DNA of 64,000 nt from Candidatus Geocrenenecus dongiae (GCA_023267855.1 JALNLN010000003.1:19452-83451), one strand, 5' to 3'. Shown: positions 20,212-31,080, numbered from the stretch's first letter. Translations and numbers: made by a program. Notes: generated by a model from the letters alone, not told the origin.

Positions 20212-21528
20212 CTAAGTCCCCATTAACCACGATTCACTATATCTTTTCTGTTCTTCTGTCATTTCTTCTATTTCTAATCCCATAGATCTAAGCTTCATGA
20301 TGGCGACAATCTTATCTAGTTCTTCAGGTACAGGTATGACTGTCTTAGTCATTTTATCATAATTCTTTACAATATACTCAGCTGAAAGAGCTTGTAGACT
20401 GAAAGATAAATCCATGACCGCACTCGGATGACCTTCTCCACAAGCTAAATTCACTACACGTCCATCGGCTAGTAAATGTAATCTTCTACCATCTTTAAGA
20501 ATATATGTTGTTATGTGTTCAGAGGTCTTCTCTCTACGTATGCTTAACTCTTCTAAATCTTTCTTAGAAATTTCTACATCGAAGTGTCCAGCATTCGCAA
20601 GTATAACTCCATCCCTCATTAACTCGAAGTGCTCTCTCCTGATAACATTTATATTTCCAGTAGCTGTTATGAAAACTTCACCGTGTCCTGCAGCTTTCTT
20701 CATAGATTCTACGTTAAATCCATCCATGGCCGCTCTCAAAGCTTTTATAGGATCTACTTCTACGATAGTTACTCTCGCTCCCATCCCTCTAGCTCTATAC
20801 GCTATCCCTGAACCTACACGTCCAAATCCTACTACAACAACATCTCTCCCAGCTAGTAAGATATTTGTTGCCCTCATAATTCCATCAAGAGTAGATTGAC
20901 CTGTACCTACAGGATTATCGAAGAGACTCTTAGAAAGAGCTTCATTAACAGCTATTATCGGGTATAGTAGTTTTCCTTCTTTTTCAAGAGATTTAATTCT
21001 AATAACGCCTGTAGTGGTTTCTTCACATCCTCCAAGAATATTCTTCAACAAATCTTCTATAGAAATCTCTTTAACAGCTTCTCTAATTATACGGGTGTCC
21101 TCAGAATCTATCTTATAATAGAACTTATGTATAGTTGATATTACGTCTGCTCCATCATCTATCGTTATATTTGGTAGAAATGATATAACGTAGCCGATAG
21201 CCTGATAGTAGCTTCTCAGATCCATACCTCTCCAAGCATATACATGGACCCCATCTTCTACTAGAGCGGCGGCCACATCATCTTGTGTACTTAGAGGATT
21301 AGCAGCACACATGTATACGGTTGCTCCACCTTCTCTCAGAGTTCTAGCTAAGACAGCTGTCTCTTTCGTAACGTGGAGACATAGAGATATTCTCAGATTC
21401 TTGAATGGTTTCTCTTTAGAAAATCTTTCTCTAATCATTAAGAGTACAGGCATCTGTGCTTCAGCCCATTCTATCTTCTTCTTACCTATACTTGAAAGAG
21501 AGATATCTTTTATCAAGTAATCTTTCAA
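20212..21528 (-). CDS. ahcY: S-adenosyl-L-homocysteine hydrolase (adenosylhomocysteinase).
   Basis: CAANPLSTQDDVAAAL, NAD-binding VVVGFGRVGSGIA; 438 aa. Confidence 0.85.
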   Translation of the reverse strand: MKDYLIKDISLSSIGKKKIEWAEAQMPVLLMIRERFSKEKPFKNLRISLCLHVTKETAVLARTLREGGATVYMCAANPLSTQDDVAAALVEDGVHVYAWRGMDLRSYYQAIGYVISFLPNITIDDGADVISTIHKFYYKIDSEDTRIIREAVKEISIEDLLKNILGGCEETTTGVIRIKSLEKEGKLLYPIIAVNEALSKSLFDNPVGTGQSTLDGIMRATNILLAGRDVVVVGFGRVGSGIAYRARGMGARVTIVEVDPIKALRAAMDGFNVESMKKAAGHGEVFITATGNINVIRREHFELMRDGVILANAGHFDVEISKKDLEELSIRREKTSEHITTYILKDGRRLHLLADGRVVNLACGEGHPSAVMDLSFSLQALSAEYIVKNYDKMTKTVIPVPEELDKIVAIMKLRSMGLEIEEMTEEQKRYSESWLMGT

Positions 21529-21616
21529 TTCACACTACACCTCTCAAGATAGTAACTCTACTTACTCAATCTTATTCATTAGCATTCCTATCTATATTAA
21601 TGTTAAAGTTTATCTT

Positions 21617-22090
21617 ATGGCTAGTAAAGATGATGGAGAGGTGTATATTTTGGTTGATTGGGTTGATCTTGTAAAGACTAGAGAAGGATACGAGAAGCTT
21701 CTGGATAATGTAATGGGTAAACTTCCTCAAACTCTCGGAAAGATAGGGGATAGAGTACTCGTAGTCAACCCTATCATATATCATGAAGCTCATAGAACAA
21801 TTATAACAAACTTCACTCAAATAGCAGAAACAATAAATAGAGAAGCAAGCCACCTGGCTAGATTCATACTAAAGGAATCTGGTAAAGCAGGAATAGTTGA
21901 AGGAGAAAGATTAATAATTCAAGGAAAACTCTCAAATGAAGAATTTAGAAAACTGCTTGGATTATATGTAAAAGAATTTGTAAAATGTCCTGTATGTGGA
22001 GGTTTAGATACGAAGATAGTAGCTGAAAAAAGATTTAGATTCCTGCTTTGTGAAGTTTGTGGTGCTAAGAGTTCTATCAGGAAGATATAA
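21617..22090 (+). CDS. eif2b: Translation initiation factor 2 beta subunit (aIF2-beta).
   Basis: C-terminal zinc ribbon CPVCGGLDTKIV...CEVCGA and the conserved aIF2-beta core. Confidence 0.75.
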   Translation: MASKDDGEVYILVDWVDLVKTREGYEKLLDNVMGKLPQTLGKIGDRVLVVNPIIYHEAHRTIITNFTQIAETINREASHLARFILKESGKAGIVEGERLIIQGKLSNEEFRKLLGLYVKEFVKCPVCGGLDTKIVAEKRFRFLLCEVCGAKSSIRKI

Positions 22091-22326
22091 CGTATAGTCT
22101 TGAATCTAAACTATGGAAGATGTCGTAGAAACAGTATGTAGAAGATTGATATTCTGTTAGAGATGGTTGAAGGAGACTGAACTCTCTATATGCTGATTCA
22201 GTATGATTAGGTTTTAGGCCATGGTTTCTCTGAAATCACGTTTTCTTAAATAGAGAGTTTCTTAAATCTTCTTTGAAATAATCAATCTTTAATACTATCC
22301 TGTTTGTATTTTTATGTAGGGTAAGT

Positions 22327-23052
22327 TTGGAAAGACTTAAGAAACCTCCTGTAGCGATACAAGTTGCAGACTTAATAAATCTAGCAAGACTTGGGATGTC
22401 TAGAACAGATACGCAGCCATTATTCTGGACATTTATAAGGAGGGGAAGGAGAATCTTAGGCCATCTATCCTCTATACCTTACTGGAGAGGAAACCTACCT
22501 ATATTTGCATATACATATCTCGATGAAGAACCAGGAGGATATATAGCATATACTAGTCTAGGTAGAGAAGAAGCTTTCTTCACTAGTAGTTCTGATGATA
22601 CTAAATATTTTTATGGACCTGTAATAGAAACTGTTCATGAACCTGAACTACTTACAAAAGCTCTTAATAAGCGTGTCCAATTAGTAGAGAAACCTTTAGC
22701 TGTTAAAGTTAGAGATCTAAACTCTTTAATGAGGATTTGTGTAATGATGAGTGATGCTACAGTCTCCCCACCTCTCTGGCACTACGCTACCCAGAGTAAA
22801 CACATAATAGGAGTACTTGCACCATTCTTTGATTATTATGAAGCTAATGCACTACCAGTCTTCTTCTACGTAGAAGAAGATTCAGCTCCTCCAAACCCCT
22901 TCATACGATACCTTGCATCTAATGGAAAAGAAGAAATATCTTTCACACAATATATATCTGATATGAAGTATTTCTACGTAAGAATAGTAACGGTTAAGAA
23001 TCTGCCGTTTATGGATTTCGGAGAAAGAAAAAGTAAGGTAAGGAAGAAGTAG
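22327..23052 (+). CDS. Hypothetical protein (241 aa), no recognisable family.
   Basis: ORF only; non-ATG start in the track; an internal ATG near 22399 is an alternative. Confidence 0.3.
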   Translation: MERLKKPPVAIQVADLINLARLGMSRTDTQPLFWTFIRRGRRILGHLSSIPYWRGNLPIFAYTYLDEEPGGYIAYTSLGREEAFFTSSSDDTKYFYGPVIETVHEPELLTKALNKRVQLVEKPLAVKVRDLNSLMRICVMMSDATVSPPLWHYATQSKHIIGVLAPFFDYYEANALPVFFYVEEDSAPPNPFIRYLASNGKEEISFTQYISDMKYFYVRIVTVKNLPFMDFGERKSKVRKK

Positions 23053-23075
23053 TTTTGTTTTTAGATATTTCAAGT

Positions 23076-23219
23076 TTACTGTTTCCATAATTCTTTCTTT
23101 AGGAGATCTCTTACAGCTGTTCTCATTAAGGCACTTCTACTTGGATATATGCCTCTCCTAACTAGCTCATCCATTCCTTCTATCAATGCTTCAGGCATCT
23201 TAACAGAAATAAGCTTCAC
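23076..23219 (-). CDS. Small ribbon-helix-helix (CopG/Arc/MetJ-like) DNA-binding protein, 47 aa. It is not in the supplied ORF track because it falls below the length cutoff.
   Basis: Hand translation of the minus strand gives V/MKLISVKMPEALIEGMDELVRRGIYPSRSALMRTAVRDLLKKELWKQ*. This has the RHH pattern: a beta-strand with alternating hydrophobics, then two helices, with a GxxxSRS turn. GTG start at 23219 or ATG at 23198. Confidence 0.4.
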   Translation of the reverse strand: MKLISVKMPEALIEGMDELVRRGIYPSRSALMRTAVRDLLKKELWKQ

Positions 23220-23546
23220 GTATATTACACCTCCAGCAGTATTTTCTCAAGATGCTGGTTCATAAGATTTTCGATTGGATGAGCTTCAACAATACTCATA
23301 ATATGACATATACCAAAGAGAAAACTCATCCATTCTTCTCAATACATGAGATAAGCAAATATAATAACAACATGGATCATCCAAAAATATTAAAACAATA
23401 CCTTAAATGCAGTGATTTAGGTAAGAAATATGGTAAACGAAAGATGTTTTACATTTATCTCTTTATTTAACTTTCATCAGCAAATACTTATAACTTGCTA
23501 ATTGAGGTAATTTTATGGAGTATATAGTTGGAGGTGTGTTAGGTTT

Positions 23547-25196
23547 ATGGCAGCTCCTTCTGCAGCTGGAGGTATACCTGTCATAGTTTTAAAAGAAGGT
23601 ACTTCTAGAACCAGGGGTAGAGAAGCTCAGCTATCAAATATAATGGTAGCTAAAGTCATAGCTGAAACTATGAAGACTTCGCTTGGTCCAAGAGGTATGG
23701 ATAAAATGCTTGTAGATAGCTTTGGAGATGTGGTGATAACTAATGATGGTGCAACTATACTGAAAGAAATGGATGTTGAACATCCTGTAGCGAAGATGCT
23801 TGTAGAAGTTGCAAAAGCTCAGGATGCAGAAGTAGGTGACGGTACAACGACATCTGTTGTTCTCGCAGGAGAACTACTTGCAAAAGCAGAAGAACTTATA
23901 GAGAAAGAAGTACATCCAACAATAATTATAGAAGGTTACAAGAAAGCTGCAACCAAAGCCTTAGAACTTTATGATAAGATAGCTGTTCCAGTTGATCCAA
24001 CTAATAAGGAGATTCTTAAGAAGATTGCTAAAACAGCGATGATAAGTAAGCTTGTAGGAGAGGAAGCAGACCACCTGGCAGAAATAGCTGTAGACGCTGT
24101 ATTAAAAGTAGCAGAATATGTAGATGGAAAATGGAGAGTTGATTTAGACGATATAAAGATTGAGAAGAAAGAAGGTGGATCACTACGTGATACAGTGTTG
24201 ATAGAAGGAATAGTTCTAGATAAAGAAGTTGTACATCCAGGTATGCCGAAACTAGTAAGAGATGCTAAAATAGCCTTACTAGATGCTTCTCTAGAAATTG
24301 AGAAAACAGAATTTGATGCAAAGCTACACATAGAAGATCCAGAACAGATGAGAGCTTTCATGAAACAAGAAGAAGAAATGTTGAAAGAAATGGTTGAGAA
24401 GATAGCTTCTACAGGCGCTAACGTTGTTCTATGCCAGAAAGGTATTGACGACATGGCTCAACACTTCTTAGCTAGAAAAGGAATAATGGCTGTAAGGAGA
24501 ATAAAGAAATCAGATATGGATAAGCTCGCAAAAGCTACGGGAGGAAGAGTCTTAACACGTGTAGAAGAATTAACACCTGCAGATCTAGGAAAAGCTAAAC
24601 TTGTAGAAGAGAGAAGAGTTGGAGAAGATAAAATGGTCTTTATAGAAGGATGTGAAAACCCCAAGTCTATAACAATACTGATTAGAGGTGGAACGAAGAG
24701 GATAGTGGATGAAGCAGAGAGATCTATAAAAGATGCATTAAACGTTGTGAAAGATGTTGTCGTAGAGGGTAAAGTAGTAGCAGGTGGAGGAGCACCGGAA
24801 GTAGAAGTTGCATTAGGATTGAGAGATTATGCGAAAACACTGGCTGGTAAAGAACAGCTGGCAGTAGAGAAATTTGCTGAAGCTCTAGAGATAGTTCCCT
24901 CCCAGCTAGCTGAGAATGCTGGTATGGATCCAATTGAGACTACTGTATCTCTAAGAGCTAGACACAAGGAAGGTGAAAAATGGGCTGGAGTAAACGTCTT
25001 CGCAAGCAAGATCGATGATATGTGGAAACTTGAAGTCCTAGAACCAGTACTAGTCAAGAAGCAGGTAATCAAATCAGCAGTAGAAGCAGCAGCGATGATA
25101 CTGAAGATCGACGATATAATTGCTGCATCTAAACTTGAAGAAAAGAAGCCTGGAAAAGAGAAAGAGAAGGAAGAATCTGAGATTGGAGAAGATTGA
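23547..25196 (+). CDS. ths: Thermosome (group II chaperonin) subunit.
   Basis: 549 aa; [41 protein letters not shown] motifs; C-terminal charged tail. Confidence 0.9.
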   Translation: MAAPSAAGGIPVIVLKEGTSRTRGREAQLSNIMVAKVIAETMKTSLGPRGMDKMLVDSFGDVVITNDGATILKEMDVEHPVAKMLVEVAKAQDAEVGDGTTTSVVLAGELLAKAEELIEKEVHPTIIIEGYKKAATKALELYDKIAVPVDPTNKEILKKIAKTAMISKLVGEEADHLAEIAVDAVLKVAEYVDGKWRVDLDDIKIEKKEGGSLRDTVLIEGIVLDKEVVHPGMPKLVRDAKIALLDASLEIEKTEFDAKLHIEDPEQMRAFMKQEEEMLKEMVEKIASTGANVVLCQKGIDDMAQHFLARKGIMAVRRIKKSDMDKLAKATGGRVLTRVEELTPADLGKAKLVEERRVGEDKMVFIEGCENPKSITILIRGGTKRIVDEAERSIKDALNVVKDVVVEGKVVAGGGAPEVEVALGLRDYAKTLAGKEQLAVEKFAEALEIVPSQLAENAGMDPIETTVSLRARHKEGEKWAGVNVFASKIDDMWKLEVLEPVLVKKQVIKSAVEAAAMILKIDDIIAASKLEEKKPGKEKEKEESEIGED

Positions 25197-25452
25197 AGAA
25201 GATCTTTATAGGAGACCATTAACTAAGTATGAGAAGGCTAGGATTATCGGTGGACGTGCATTACAATTATCTCTGGGCGCTTTCCCACTAGTTGAAGTAA
25301 AACCAGGAGATACACCAATAGACATAGCTAAGAGAGAACTAGAAGCAGGAGTACTACCAATAATTATCCGTAGAAGAAAACCAGATGGAACATATGTAGA
25401 TATCCCATTAAAACAACTACTAAAACCAATAGAAGAATTAATTGAAGAATGA
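25183..25452 (+). CDS. rpoK: DNA-directed RNA polymerase subunit K (Rpo6/RpoK).
   Basis: [21 protein letters not shown] matches the Rpo6/omega signature. A likely TTG start at 25183 overlaps the last codons of the thermosome gene; the track ORF begins at 25120. Confidence 0.65.
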   Translation: MEKIEEDLYRRPLTKYEKARIIGGRALQLSLGAFPLVEVKPGDTPIDIAKRELEAGVLPIIIRRRKPDGTYVDIPLKQLLKPIEELIEE

Positions 25453-25670
25453 TAAATGAAGATTTAAAGAGCTGGACGATAGCTCTAGTAATACTATTCT
25501 TTTTAACGTTCTCCCTAAAACTCTACCAAGAATATTATGGACAGATACTGCAACCATTATTCTTCTTTTTTATTTTCCAGATTCCATCTCTCCTCGGATT
25601 ATTTATTCTAATCTACTTTCTACTCAAAAAATATAAAGAAGCTAGAATTAGAGTTTTTCAAATTTCTTAG
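25449..25670 (+). CDS. Possible small two-TM membrane protein (73 aa); its ATG overlaps the rpoK stop.
   Basis: ATGA overlap with the rpoK stop; two hydrophobic segments; low complexity; weak. Confidence 0.2.
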   Translation: MINEDLKSWTIALVILFFLTFSLKLYQEYYGQILQPLFFFFIFQIPSLLGLFILIYFLLKKYKEARIRVFQIS

Positions 25671-25755
25671 AGTATCTTCCACATTCTCTCAGTGTATAAC
25701 TTGATAGTCTTCGAGAGAGTAAAATCTTAATCTCTCTATCTGTATAGTTATATGG

Positions 25756-26835
25756 ATGTATAGGAGTGGGCTAAGAGATCTAGAGATACATTATGTTTCC
25801 AATCCTAGATGGTATTTTTCTAGAGCTGAGAAGATACTCATACCTATCGTAGAATCATATATAGAGTTGTACGGTATTAAAAAGTTTCTTAGAGGTTTAG
25901 CATCCCCAATATTTTTCGACGCTCTTACAGTTGCCTCCTACTTAGATGAGATTGAAGGAGCATCTACAACTATTGTAACTATAGTATTGAAGAATGTTCT
26001 TAGACCTGAGACAGGATTAGCTGTAGTTGGAGGTAAGAGGACCGAAGGATATAGAGTTCCAGTTGAGTTAGAGAAAGTAGGAAAAATATTTGGATTTAGT
26101 GAGAAAAAGATGGAGTACTTAAAATATGTTAGTAGGATCGTCGCAAAAGTAGATAACGTAGCTATTCAAGATGGATTCGAATTGTATTTCCACCTCATGG
26201 TTTTATCGAGCGATGGAGAATGGACAATAATACAGCAGGGTATTAAGAGTCTAGAAAACTTGGTTAGAAGGTATCATTGGACATCTATAAACATCAAGAA
26301 TTTCATAGAAGAACCACATACTGGAATAGTTGCAATGAGGAAAGAAGAACATGTAATAGATATGACGAGTAGAAGAAGTAGAGAATCAAGAGAATCTATA
26401 GTCCAGCTCGTAACAAAAGATACCAGTAAGCTCAAAGGTTTCTACCGATATTCTCAAAGTAAAGGTCAATTAACATTACTAGACCAAGAGTTTGGAGATA
26501 ATGTTAGATTCGAGATACCTAAAATTAATTGGAGTAATATAGAATCCCTAATAAAACAACAACCTAAAGATTTTGAAGAATTACTTCTACACCGTGGAGT
26601 CGGGATAAAGACTATGAGGTTTCTAGTTTTTGCAAGTATAGAAGTATACCATGTAAAACCAAGCTTCGAGGATCCAGCAATAATCTTAAAAGAACTCTAT
26701 AAACCTCAAAATATGCATGAAGATAGATGGATATATGAAATGATGGATGCTGTACGTGAATCAAGTTTAGAAATGTTCATGAAGAAAACATGTCTCAACA
26801 GGTTATATAATTTCTTCTTCACTCAAGAATCATAA
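25756..26835 (+). CDS. Conserved-looking hypothetical protein (359 aa), function unknown.
   Basis: Long non-repetitive ORF in a gene-dense region; no motif recognised. Confidence 0.35.
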   Translation: MYRSGLRDLEIHYVSNPRWYFSRAEKILIPIVESYIELYGIKKFLRGLASPIFFDALTVASYLDEIEGASTTIVTIVLKNVLRPETGLAVVGGKRTEGYRVPVELEKVGKIFGFSEKKMEYLKYVSRIVAKVDNVAIQDGFELYFHLMVLSSDGEWTIIQQGIKSLENLVRRYHWTSINIKNFIEEPHTGIVAMRKEEHVIDMTSRRSRESRESIVQLVTKDTSKLKGFYRYSQSKGQLTLLDQEFGDNVRFEIPKINWSNIESLIKQQPKDFEELLLHRGVGIKTMRFLVFASIEVYHVKPSFEDPAIILKELYKPQNMHEDRWIYEMMDAVRESSLEMFMKKTCLNRLYNFFFTQES

Positions 26836-26867
26836 AAAGTTTGAAAATAGGGAAGGCTTTAAGTAGG

Positions 26868-27947
26868 TTATCTTTCTCTTTTACCTTCTATAAATTCTTC
26901 AACCATTCGTCTAGCAACTTCATCTGGATACTGTATTGGTGGTGATTTCATAAAGTATGCTGAAGCACTAATTAACGGTCCTCCTATACCTCTATCTAGA
27001 CCTATCTTTGCACATCTTATAGCATCAATAACTACTCCAGCCGAGTTAGGACTATCCCAAACCTCTAATTTTACTTCAATATTTAGAGGAGCACCGCCGA
27101 AAGCCGTTCCCTCTATTCTTATGTAAGCCCACTTACGGTCAGTAAGCCATGGAACATAATCACTTGGACCTATATGTATACATTCATCTGGAAGTGGGTA
27201 AGGTATGAGGCTTCTCACAGCATCTGTTTTAGAGATTTTCTTAGATGTTAGTCTTTCTCTTTCAAGCATGTTTAGGAAGTCTGTGTTTCCACCAAAATTG
27301 AGCTGATAAGTTCTCTCAATCTTTACACCTCTATCCACGAAGAGTTTCGTTAATACTCTGTGAAGTATCGTTGCACCAATCTGGCTTTTAACATCATCTC
27401 CAATAATAGGAACCCCTCTCTTCATAAATATCTCCTGCCATCTAGGTTCTCTAGCGATAAAGACAGGTATACCGTTTACGAAAGCTGCTTTAGCATCAAG
27501 TGCTTGCTCAACATACCACTTAGTTGCCGACTCGCTACCTACTGGGAGAAAATTTACTACTACATCTGTATTCGTACTCTTTAACACATCTGCTACGTCA
27601 ACAGTAGGTGAAGGATGTTTCTCTATGACTTGGCTTAGATATTTCCCTAAACTATCATGTGTCATCCCTCTCATAACTTCTACATTAAGTCTCGGTACAT
27701 CAGCAAATTTTAAAGTACAGTTAGGTGGAGCAAATATTGCTTCAGATAAATCTTTCCCAACTTTATTCTTATCTATATCAAATGCTGCAACAAATTCTAT
27801 ATCTCCTACATGGTATGGTCCTAGCTTAACATGCATTAATCCAGGTATAAACTGGTTTTCATCAGCATCTTTATAGTAGTAGACTCCTTGAACGAGAGCA
27901 GATGCACAATTTCCTACACCTATAATTGCGACTCTAATCTTTGGCAT
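26868..27947 (-). CDS. myo-Inositol-1-phosphate synthase (archaeal-type MIPS/IPS).
   Basis: N-terminal Rossmann [16 protein letters not shown] and [12 protein letters not shown] resemble archaeal IPS; 359 aa fits. Confidence 0.6.
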   Translation of the reverse strand: MPKIRVAIIGVGNCASALVQGVYYYKDADENQFIPGLMHVKLGPYHVGDIEFVAAFDIDKNKVGKDLSEAIFAPPNCTLKFADVPRLNVEVMRGMTHDSLGKYLSQVIEKHPSPTVDVADVLKSTNTDVVVNFLPVGSESATKWYVEQALDAKAAFVNGIPVFIAREPRWQEIFMKRGVPIIGDDVKSQIGATILHRVLTKLFVDRGVKIERTYQLNFGGNTDFLNMLERERLTSKKISKTDAVRSLIPYPLPDECIHIGPSDYVPWLTDRKWAYIRIEGTAFGGAPLNIEVKLEVWDSPNSAGVVIDAIRCAKIGLDRGIGGPLISASAYFMKSPPIQYPDEVARRMVEEFIEGKRER

Positions 27948-27997
27948 ACTATATTATTATTTTAGCAAGGATATAAGTATTTCATGCCTATAAAATA

Positions 27998-28324
27998 CTA
28001 AAGCCTATCAACGAGCTTAGATAAGAAATCTTTAGCTCTCTTAACTTCCATAAGCCCTTTCTGTGTTATCTTATAGTATTTTCTAGGAGCACCACCACTC
28101 TTCACATCACTCCTCTCTTCAGAAGATATCAACTTCTCTTTCTCCAATTTATATAATACAACATAACAAGTTATCATACCAGGCTTAAAACCAAATCTCT
28201 CAAAAATCTTACTTCTTAACTCATAACCATACAGTGGACTTTCTTTCAACAAAGTTAAAATATATATCCAAAGATTCTCTACTGTAAGTTTTCTAACTAA
28301 TCTATTGTATGCTGAACTCACCAT
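27998..28324 (-). CDS. PadR-family transcriptional regulator.
   Basis: 108 aa; LKESPLYGYEL wHTH signature. Confidence 0.6.
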   Translation of the reverse strand: MVSSAYNRLVRKLTVENLWIYILTLLKESPLYGYELRSKIFERFGFKPGMITCYVVLYKLEKEKLISSEERSDVKSGGAPRKYYKITQKGLMEVKRAKDFLSKLVDRL

Positions 28325-28401
28325 GTCATTATATCTATTGTATTGCTGGATTTAAACGTCTAGTAGATTAAGATTAATATTAGTTTTTATAGGTAGATTG
28401 C

Positions 28402-29211
28402 TTGATGAAGAAGTATTCTGGTCTAATACTAGATCTAGATGGATGTATTTACTGGGGTGATAGACTGATAAGTGGATCTAGAGAAGCGGTAGAAAAATTT
28501 AGAGAATCTGGTTTAAAACTCTTCTTCCTCACAAACAATTCCACCATGACTTCTGAACAATATAGTTTAAAACTTAAACGTATGGGGATAATAGTTGATC
28601 CAGAAGAGATCTTAACTTCAGGTGAAGCTACAGCCATCTACATACTTAAAGAATCTGGCTTAAGCAGAGTTATGGCCTTAACAGGTGAAGGGTTCAAAGA
28701 GTACTGTAGAAGAATTGGTCATGTGCTAGTTGATATAGAGCGATGGAGTAGAGTAGATTATGTTGTAGCGGGACTTGATCTGGAATTTAATTATATGAAG
28801 CTTAAAGCTGCTATGAGAGCAATATTGAGTGGAGCGAAATTTGTGGCTACAAATAGTGATTCAACGATACCAGTAAATGATGGTGTGGATCCAGGTGCAG
28901 GAGCTATTGTTGCAGCCATAAGAGAATCTACTAGTGTAGATCCTATAGTGATCGGTAAACCTTCTAGGATAATTATAGATATGTGTCTTGAGAAGATGAG
29001 GTTGGATAGAGATAAGGTTTTGATTGTAGGTGATAGAATAGAGACAGATGTAGAAGTTGGTAAGAGGTCTGGGATAGATACAGCACTAGTGCTTTCAGGA
29101 GTTACGACAAGAGAAAAGCTCGAATCTATAAGCAGAGAGAAAAAACCAGATTATGTCGCAGAGAATCTTCTACATCTATACGAAATTCTCTACATGAAGG
29201 GTTTAATATAG
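28402..29211 (+). CDS. HAD-superfamily hydrolase, subfamily IIA (NagD-like sugar phosphatase).
   Basis: LILDLDGCIY motif I; FLTNNS; C-terminal GDRIETDVEVG. Confidence 0.7.
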   Translation: MMKKYSGLILDLDGCIYWGDRLISGSREAVEKFRESGLKLFFLTNNSTMTSEQYSLKLKRMGIIVDPEEILTSGEATAIYILKESGLSRVMALTGEGFKEYCRRIGHVLVDIERWSRVDYVVAGLDLEFNYMKLKAAMRAILSGAKFVATNSDSTIPVNDGVDPGAGAIVAAIRESTSVDPIVIGKPSRIIIDMCLEKMRLDRDKVLIVGDRIETDVEVGKRSGIDTALVLSGVTTREKLESISREKKPDYVAENLLHLYEILYMKGLI

Positions 29212-29239
29212 TATGTCTAGATAACTGATCCCTAATATT

Positions 29240-29707
29240 CTAGGTGCTTAGAAGTTCTAGTGGAAGTGCATAGGATTCTTTTATCGTTCTTAGAACTATT
29301 CGTGTATCTGTAGATAAAACTCCTTCCATAGAACCGATCTTGTCAAGAAGTTTCGCTAAGCTTTCTCTAGAGGTAACTCTTATCTTGAGAAGACAGTAGT
29401 AGTCTCCTGTAACATCATGTATTTCTAGGATTTCAGACATCTTGGAGAGCTCATTTAACAATTGTTCATACTTACTTGGCTGTGCTTTTACTGCTATTAT
29501 TGCTGTCAGATTGAATCCAAGCTTCTCTGGATCTATAATAGCTTGTATCTTCTTTATCACACCCTGCTTTATCATTCTCTGTATTCTTGTGTAGACTGCA
29601 GCTTCACTTAAACCAAGTCTTTTAGCTATCTCTGAATATGATGCTCTACCATTTTCTTGGAGAGCTTTCAGTATTTCAAGATCCTTTTCATCTGTTATAG
29701 ATCTCAC
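29240..29707 (-). CDS. Lrp/AsnC-family transcriptional regulator.
   Basis: N-terminal HTH (LDEKDLEILKALQENGRASYSEIAKRLGLSEAAV) plus a C-terminal RAM domain; 155 aa. Confidence 0.8.
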   Translation of the reverse strand: MRSITDEKDLEILKALQENGRASYSEIAKRLGLSEAAVYTRIQRMIKQGVIKKIQAIIDPEKLGFNLTAIIAVKAQPSKYEQLLNELSKMSEILEIHDVTGDYYCLLKIRVTSRESLAKLLDKIGSMEGVLSTDTRIVLRTIKESYALPLELLST

Positions 29708-29740
29708 AAAAATTCCTTGTAATCAGTGGGTAATATGTCT

Positions 29741-31021
29741 TTACTCTATCTTAATACGTTCTTTCTTAACCCCCTCTTTTACTCTTTCTTCTCTAGATAA
29801 TTCATAGACTTTCCTCAGTAGAGAAACTTCAGCCTCACTTAACTCAATATTTCTTCTAGCCATCATCCTAGATATAGATTTTAAGACATCTCCAAATTCT
29901 AGTTCTATCATCTCGACACCTAAACTCTTAGCATAGAATGTAAAGCATGGGACATCTCTTACAACTATACCATGTATCTGGGAGGCTACTCCAATCTTCT
30001 TTCCAGTATAGAGAAGTGTACCTATGCTTGCCCTTACGTGGTCTCCTATAAAACATCCTACAAATGTTTCGCCTGTATCAATAAGCTTATCTCCAATCTT
30101 CATCTTTACAGTTCCATAAGTATTCTTAAGATTGCTGTTTGTGAAACCCGCTCCTAAGTTTACCCACTCCCCGATAAATGAATGACCGAGGAATCCAAAG
30201 TGTCTCTTATTTGAGTATCTTGAAATTACAGAGTTCACAACTTCTCCACCAATTCTACAAACCTCACCTATTATAGAAGATTCTATTCTAGCTCCATAGA
30301 TTACAGAATCTCTACCAATGTATGCTGGTCCAGCTATTCTTGATTGATATTCTACTTCAACGTTTCTACCGATGTATACTGGTCCTTTTCTAACGTCTAT
30401 TAAAACGCTAGGTTCAATATACGTATTCTCGTCTATCTTGACGTTGTCTCTACTACCTCTCACATATACGTTATCTCCTAGATTAGATGAATCTTGAGAA
30501 TAGGAGTTAAATTCTTCTACGAAAACTTCCAACGAATATTTTACTAGCTGCCATGGATACGATATTATTCTAACACTATCTGATCTGAAGGTTTCTAGAA
30601 GGTTCTGTATTTTCTTGATGTCATGTATTTTTTCTAGAACATTATTCTTTAAGATGTTCTCAGAGATATGGGCTGCAACAATCCTCCCATTTGAGATTAG
30701 TACAGAATCTTTAGTAGAGATAATTTTCATGATTTCTTTTAATTCTCTTTCCCCCAAGCATAGTAATCCATTTATAATTAGAATATCGTCTATAGTTGAT
30801 CCATCCCAAGGAATAGTGTATGGATACCTTTTACAGACTACTTCTCTAATATAATCTCTACATAGGATGTAAATCTTCTCTGGTTTAAGTTGCTCGTATA
30901 TTTTTTCAACCATGTTCTTTAAACCTATCCTGATTTCAAATGATGCTCTTGTGTATGTGATTGGGTAGAGGTTTTCTGTAAACTCATCTTCGAATAAGAG
31001 TATCTTCATAGATTTAACCAA
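29741..31021 (-). CDS. Nucleotidyltransferase-like N-terminal domain with C-terminal left-handed beta-helix (hexapeptide) repeats; GlmU-like architecture.
   Basis: 426 aa; C-terminal repeated [LIV]-G-x-x-x-x hexapeptides. The N-domain lacks a clean GxGxR motif. Confidence 0.4.
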   Translation of the reverse strand: MVKSMKILLFEDEFTENLYPITYTRASFEIRIGLKNMVEKIYEQLKPEKIYILCRDYIREVVCKRYPYTIPWDGSTIDDILIINGLLCLGERELKEIMKIISTKDSVLISNGRIVAAHISENILKNNVLEKIHDIKKIQNLLETFRSDSVRIISYPWQLVKYSLEVFVEEFNSYSQDSSNLGDNVYVRGSRDNVKIDENTYIEPSVLIDVRKGPVYIGRNVEVEYQSRIAGPAYIGRDSVIYGARIESSIIGEVCRIGGEVVNSVISRYSNKRHFGFLGHSFIGEWVNLGAGFTNSNLKNTYGTVKMKIGDKLIDTGETFVGCFIGDHVRASIGTLLYTGKKIGVASQIHGIVVRDVPCFTFYAKSLGVEMIELEFGDVLKSISRMMARRNIELSEAEVSLLRKVYELSREERVKEGVKKERIKIE

Positions 31022-31080
31022 CCGTATATCTACATACTTCAGAATTTATAAACTTCTACTAGTATAGGATTTTTGAGAAA

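Noticed and set aside
22091-22326. 236-bp intergenic region scanned for C/D-box or other ncRNA (contains CTGA and TGATTA elements).
   Set aside because: No canonical RUGAUGA...CUGA pairing or terminal stem found; it cannot be supported from sequence alone.
23969-25219. Several antisense ORFs (161, 68, 69 and 130 aa) inside the thermosome gene.
   Set aside because: They lie fully within a high-confidence, highly conserved CDS on the opposite strand and are Ser/Thr/Leu-rich and low in complexity, as expected from antisense translation of an AT-rich gene.
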